64,000 nt of DNA from Octopus sinensis (lineage: Eukaryota). The stretch is from contig NC_042998.1 of assembly GCF_006345805.1 (NCBI RefSeq), positions 45,570,001 through 45,634,000 on the forward strand, written 5' to 3'. Numbering within the stretch: position 1 is the stretch's first letter; the number at the start of each line of letters is the position of its first letter. Made by a program: the position numbers and the translations under genes. Below are positions 62,194 to 64,000 of the stretch, piece after piece. The notes under the pieces are model-generated. The model did no database searches, was not told the origin of the DNA, and was given only the letters and a program-made list of their open reading frames with translations.

Positions 62194-62231
<38 letters not shown>

Positions 62232-62462
62232 TATCTGTCTGACTGTCTGTATGTATATATGTATATGTATGTGTGTGAACAATAATATTTTCAACAGATG
62301 TGTTGCAAATGTATCTGATTGTTCTCAAGCTTCAATACTGTGTGTGTGTGTGTATGTGTGTGTGTGTATGTATGTATGTATATGTATGTATGTATGTATG
62401 TATATGTATGTATGTATGTATGTGTGTATGTATGTATGTGTGTGTATGTATGTGTTTGTGTA

Positions 62463-62493
<31 letters not shown>

Positions 62494-63122
62494 ATGTATG
62501 AGTGTATGTTTACTTTATTACTAACACAAGCCACTACGGTTATTTAATGTAAAGTCTTCCTCAAATCACTCTCTCTCTCGCTATTTACTCTCTTCCAAGA
62601 ACATTTTCACTCACTCTTAGCTCTTAGCTTCCCATACATTTTACTCATGTATCTATCAGCGTCATAGACAGAATACTTTCAGTTTAGTCTTCCTCAAATC
62701 ACTCTGTCGCTATTTACTTTCATTTTATTCGTTGCACACTGTGTGTGTGCGTTTGCGTGTGGTGTAAACCAGACTAAGAAAAGCATTTGACACACACACC
62801 AGAATGTGAGTTTTCTGTAAATTTTGCTTAATTGGAGTTTAAATTTTAAAAACTGGACCTGGCATGACGCGATGCATTCTACTCTTAAAAATGCTAGGTA
62901 AATTGTAATTGAAGAAATCCTATATTGTAGATTTCTATAACTCCCAAAGGGAGGCAGATAAAATCTCCATTGAAAAATCTCCTTCAACAAATTGCATGGA
63001 AATGTGGACATTACACAATGACATTAAAATGTGGATATTAAACAGTGGCAGCAACAATCATCATCATAGTCGTCGTCATCTTCCTCCTCCTCCTCATTAT
63101 CATCATCATCATCATGATAATG

Positions 63123-63156
<34 letters not shown>

Positions 63157-63213
63157 TAATAATAATAATGATAATAATAAATTCATTTTGGGTTATGATT
63201 TGATTATCTACAG

Positions 63214-63319
63214 GTGAGAATTTTTTTTCTGTTAAAGATCTAGATGTCTTGGATGGATTAAAAGAAAAGTTAGACGACTGTCTTTCAGTTGACAACATAC
63301 CACAGCTTGACATTGGCAG
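63214..63319 (+). CDS. Sox30: Sox exon 6 (either spliced onward beyond the window, or terminal with TGA at 63321-63323)
   Basis: Acceptor ctacag|GT GAG is phase 1. Encodes GENFFSVKDLDVLDGLKEKLDDCLSVDNIPQLDIG, followed by CAG|gtgagt. Confidence 0.65.
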
Positions 63320-63686
63320 GTGAGTATTGTTATTCTAATAATTTTTAATGAGGTTTACCAATATAATTCTCCAAATTGGATGATGATAATTATGACAATC
63401 ACTTTTACAAAAATACCAATTTCTTATATAACACCAGAATTCTACTGATTCCATAATTAAAGAATCATTAGGCGAGTGATTCTGAGTGCTTGAGATTATA
63501 ATACAATTGATGTCGTTCCTCTACTACAATAGTGAACCCATCCTTTCAAATTCACAAAACACTCCTCAGGTATATAGTGCTTACACTGCTTACAATAATG
63601 AGTAGCACCTGCCTATGATATTAAGTCACAAATATGTCTATTGGATTAGTGAAAGTTATGTATTCTGACTGTTCAGTACCAGTAAA

Positions 63687-64000
63687 TCTCTCTCTTTATA
63701 AAGCTGAAGTTGTCTGTGTATGGCAGGTTTGGTAGCTTTCAACTAACACTATCTCCTCCAAGACCCTGTGGTGTAAGTTGACCAAAATTGAGAGTATGAT
63801 AGAAAAAGGCTTGTTCTTCCTTCCGTAGAAGAAAAAATTCAAATCGGACCATGTTAAGACCAAAAATTATTTACATCAAAAAGGTGCTTTTTTTCTATGA
63901 AAATCCCTACTTTTTACGATTTTTTGACTGCTGTGTCACCATTTTTCAGTGTATTTCAACCAGTTAAATGTTCACTTAAAGAGAATAACAAGTTACATAA
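63687..64000 (+). mobile_element. Non-autonomous Helitron, family 2, running off the window
   Basis: Reverse complement of the 5' part of 47952-48350. Confidence 0.8.

Overview
AT-rich, very repeat-dense animal genomic DNA. It is most likely from an octopus (coleoid cephalopod), inferred from SINE/RTE/Helitron families I recall from octopus genomes; no database search was run. The one host gene I can support is a large multi-exon Sox transcription factor on the + strand. Its HMG box looks like group H (SoxH/Sox30-like: NKNGNIKRPMNAF...YPG|WVYRP). Six coding exons can be joined in frame through canonical GT-AG sites: 20384-20594, 35444-35698, 44666-45013, 53976-54215, 58130-58351 and 63214-63319. 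The first 20 kb is mostly decayed transposons: a CRE-clade non-LTR element with an N-terminal PHD finger, a Gypsy LTR element nested in a SINE with a G_GGA_AAC slippery site and H-type pseudoknot, Merlin-type MITEs, and an Hsmar1-like mariner interrupted by a Helitron. The Sox introns hold many SINEs, RTE 3' ends, non-autonomous Helitrons, tandem arrays and three long palindromes that appear to be Penelope-derived. The best leads are a hammerhead-ribozyme fold with a swapped G3-C8 core pair (51059-51107, minus), the cephalopod SoxH gene and its possible poison exons, the PHD-bearing CRE element, and the intact frameshift pseudoknot. Most other ORFs in the supplied track are microsatellite, SINE or antisense artefacts.
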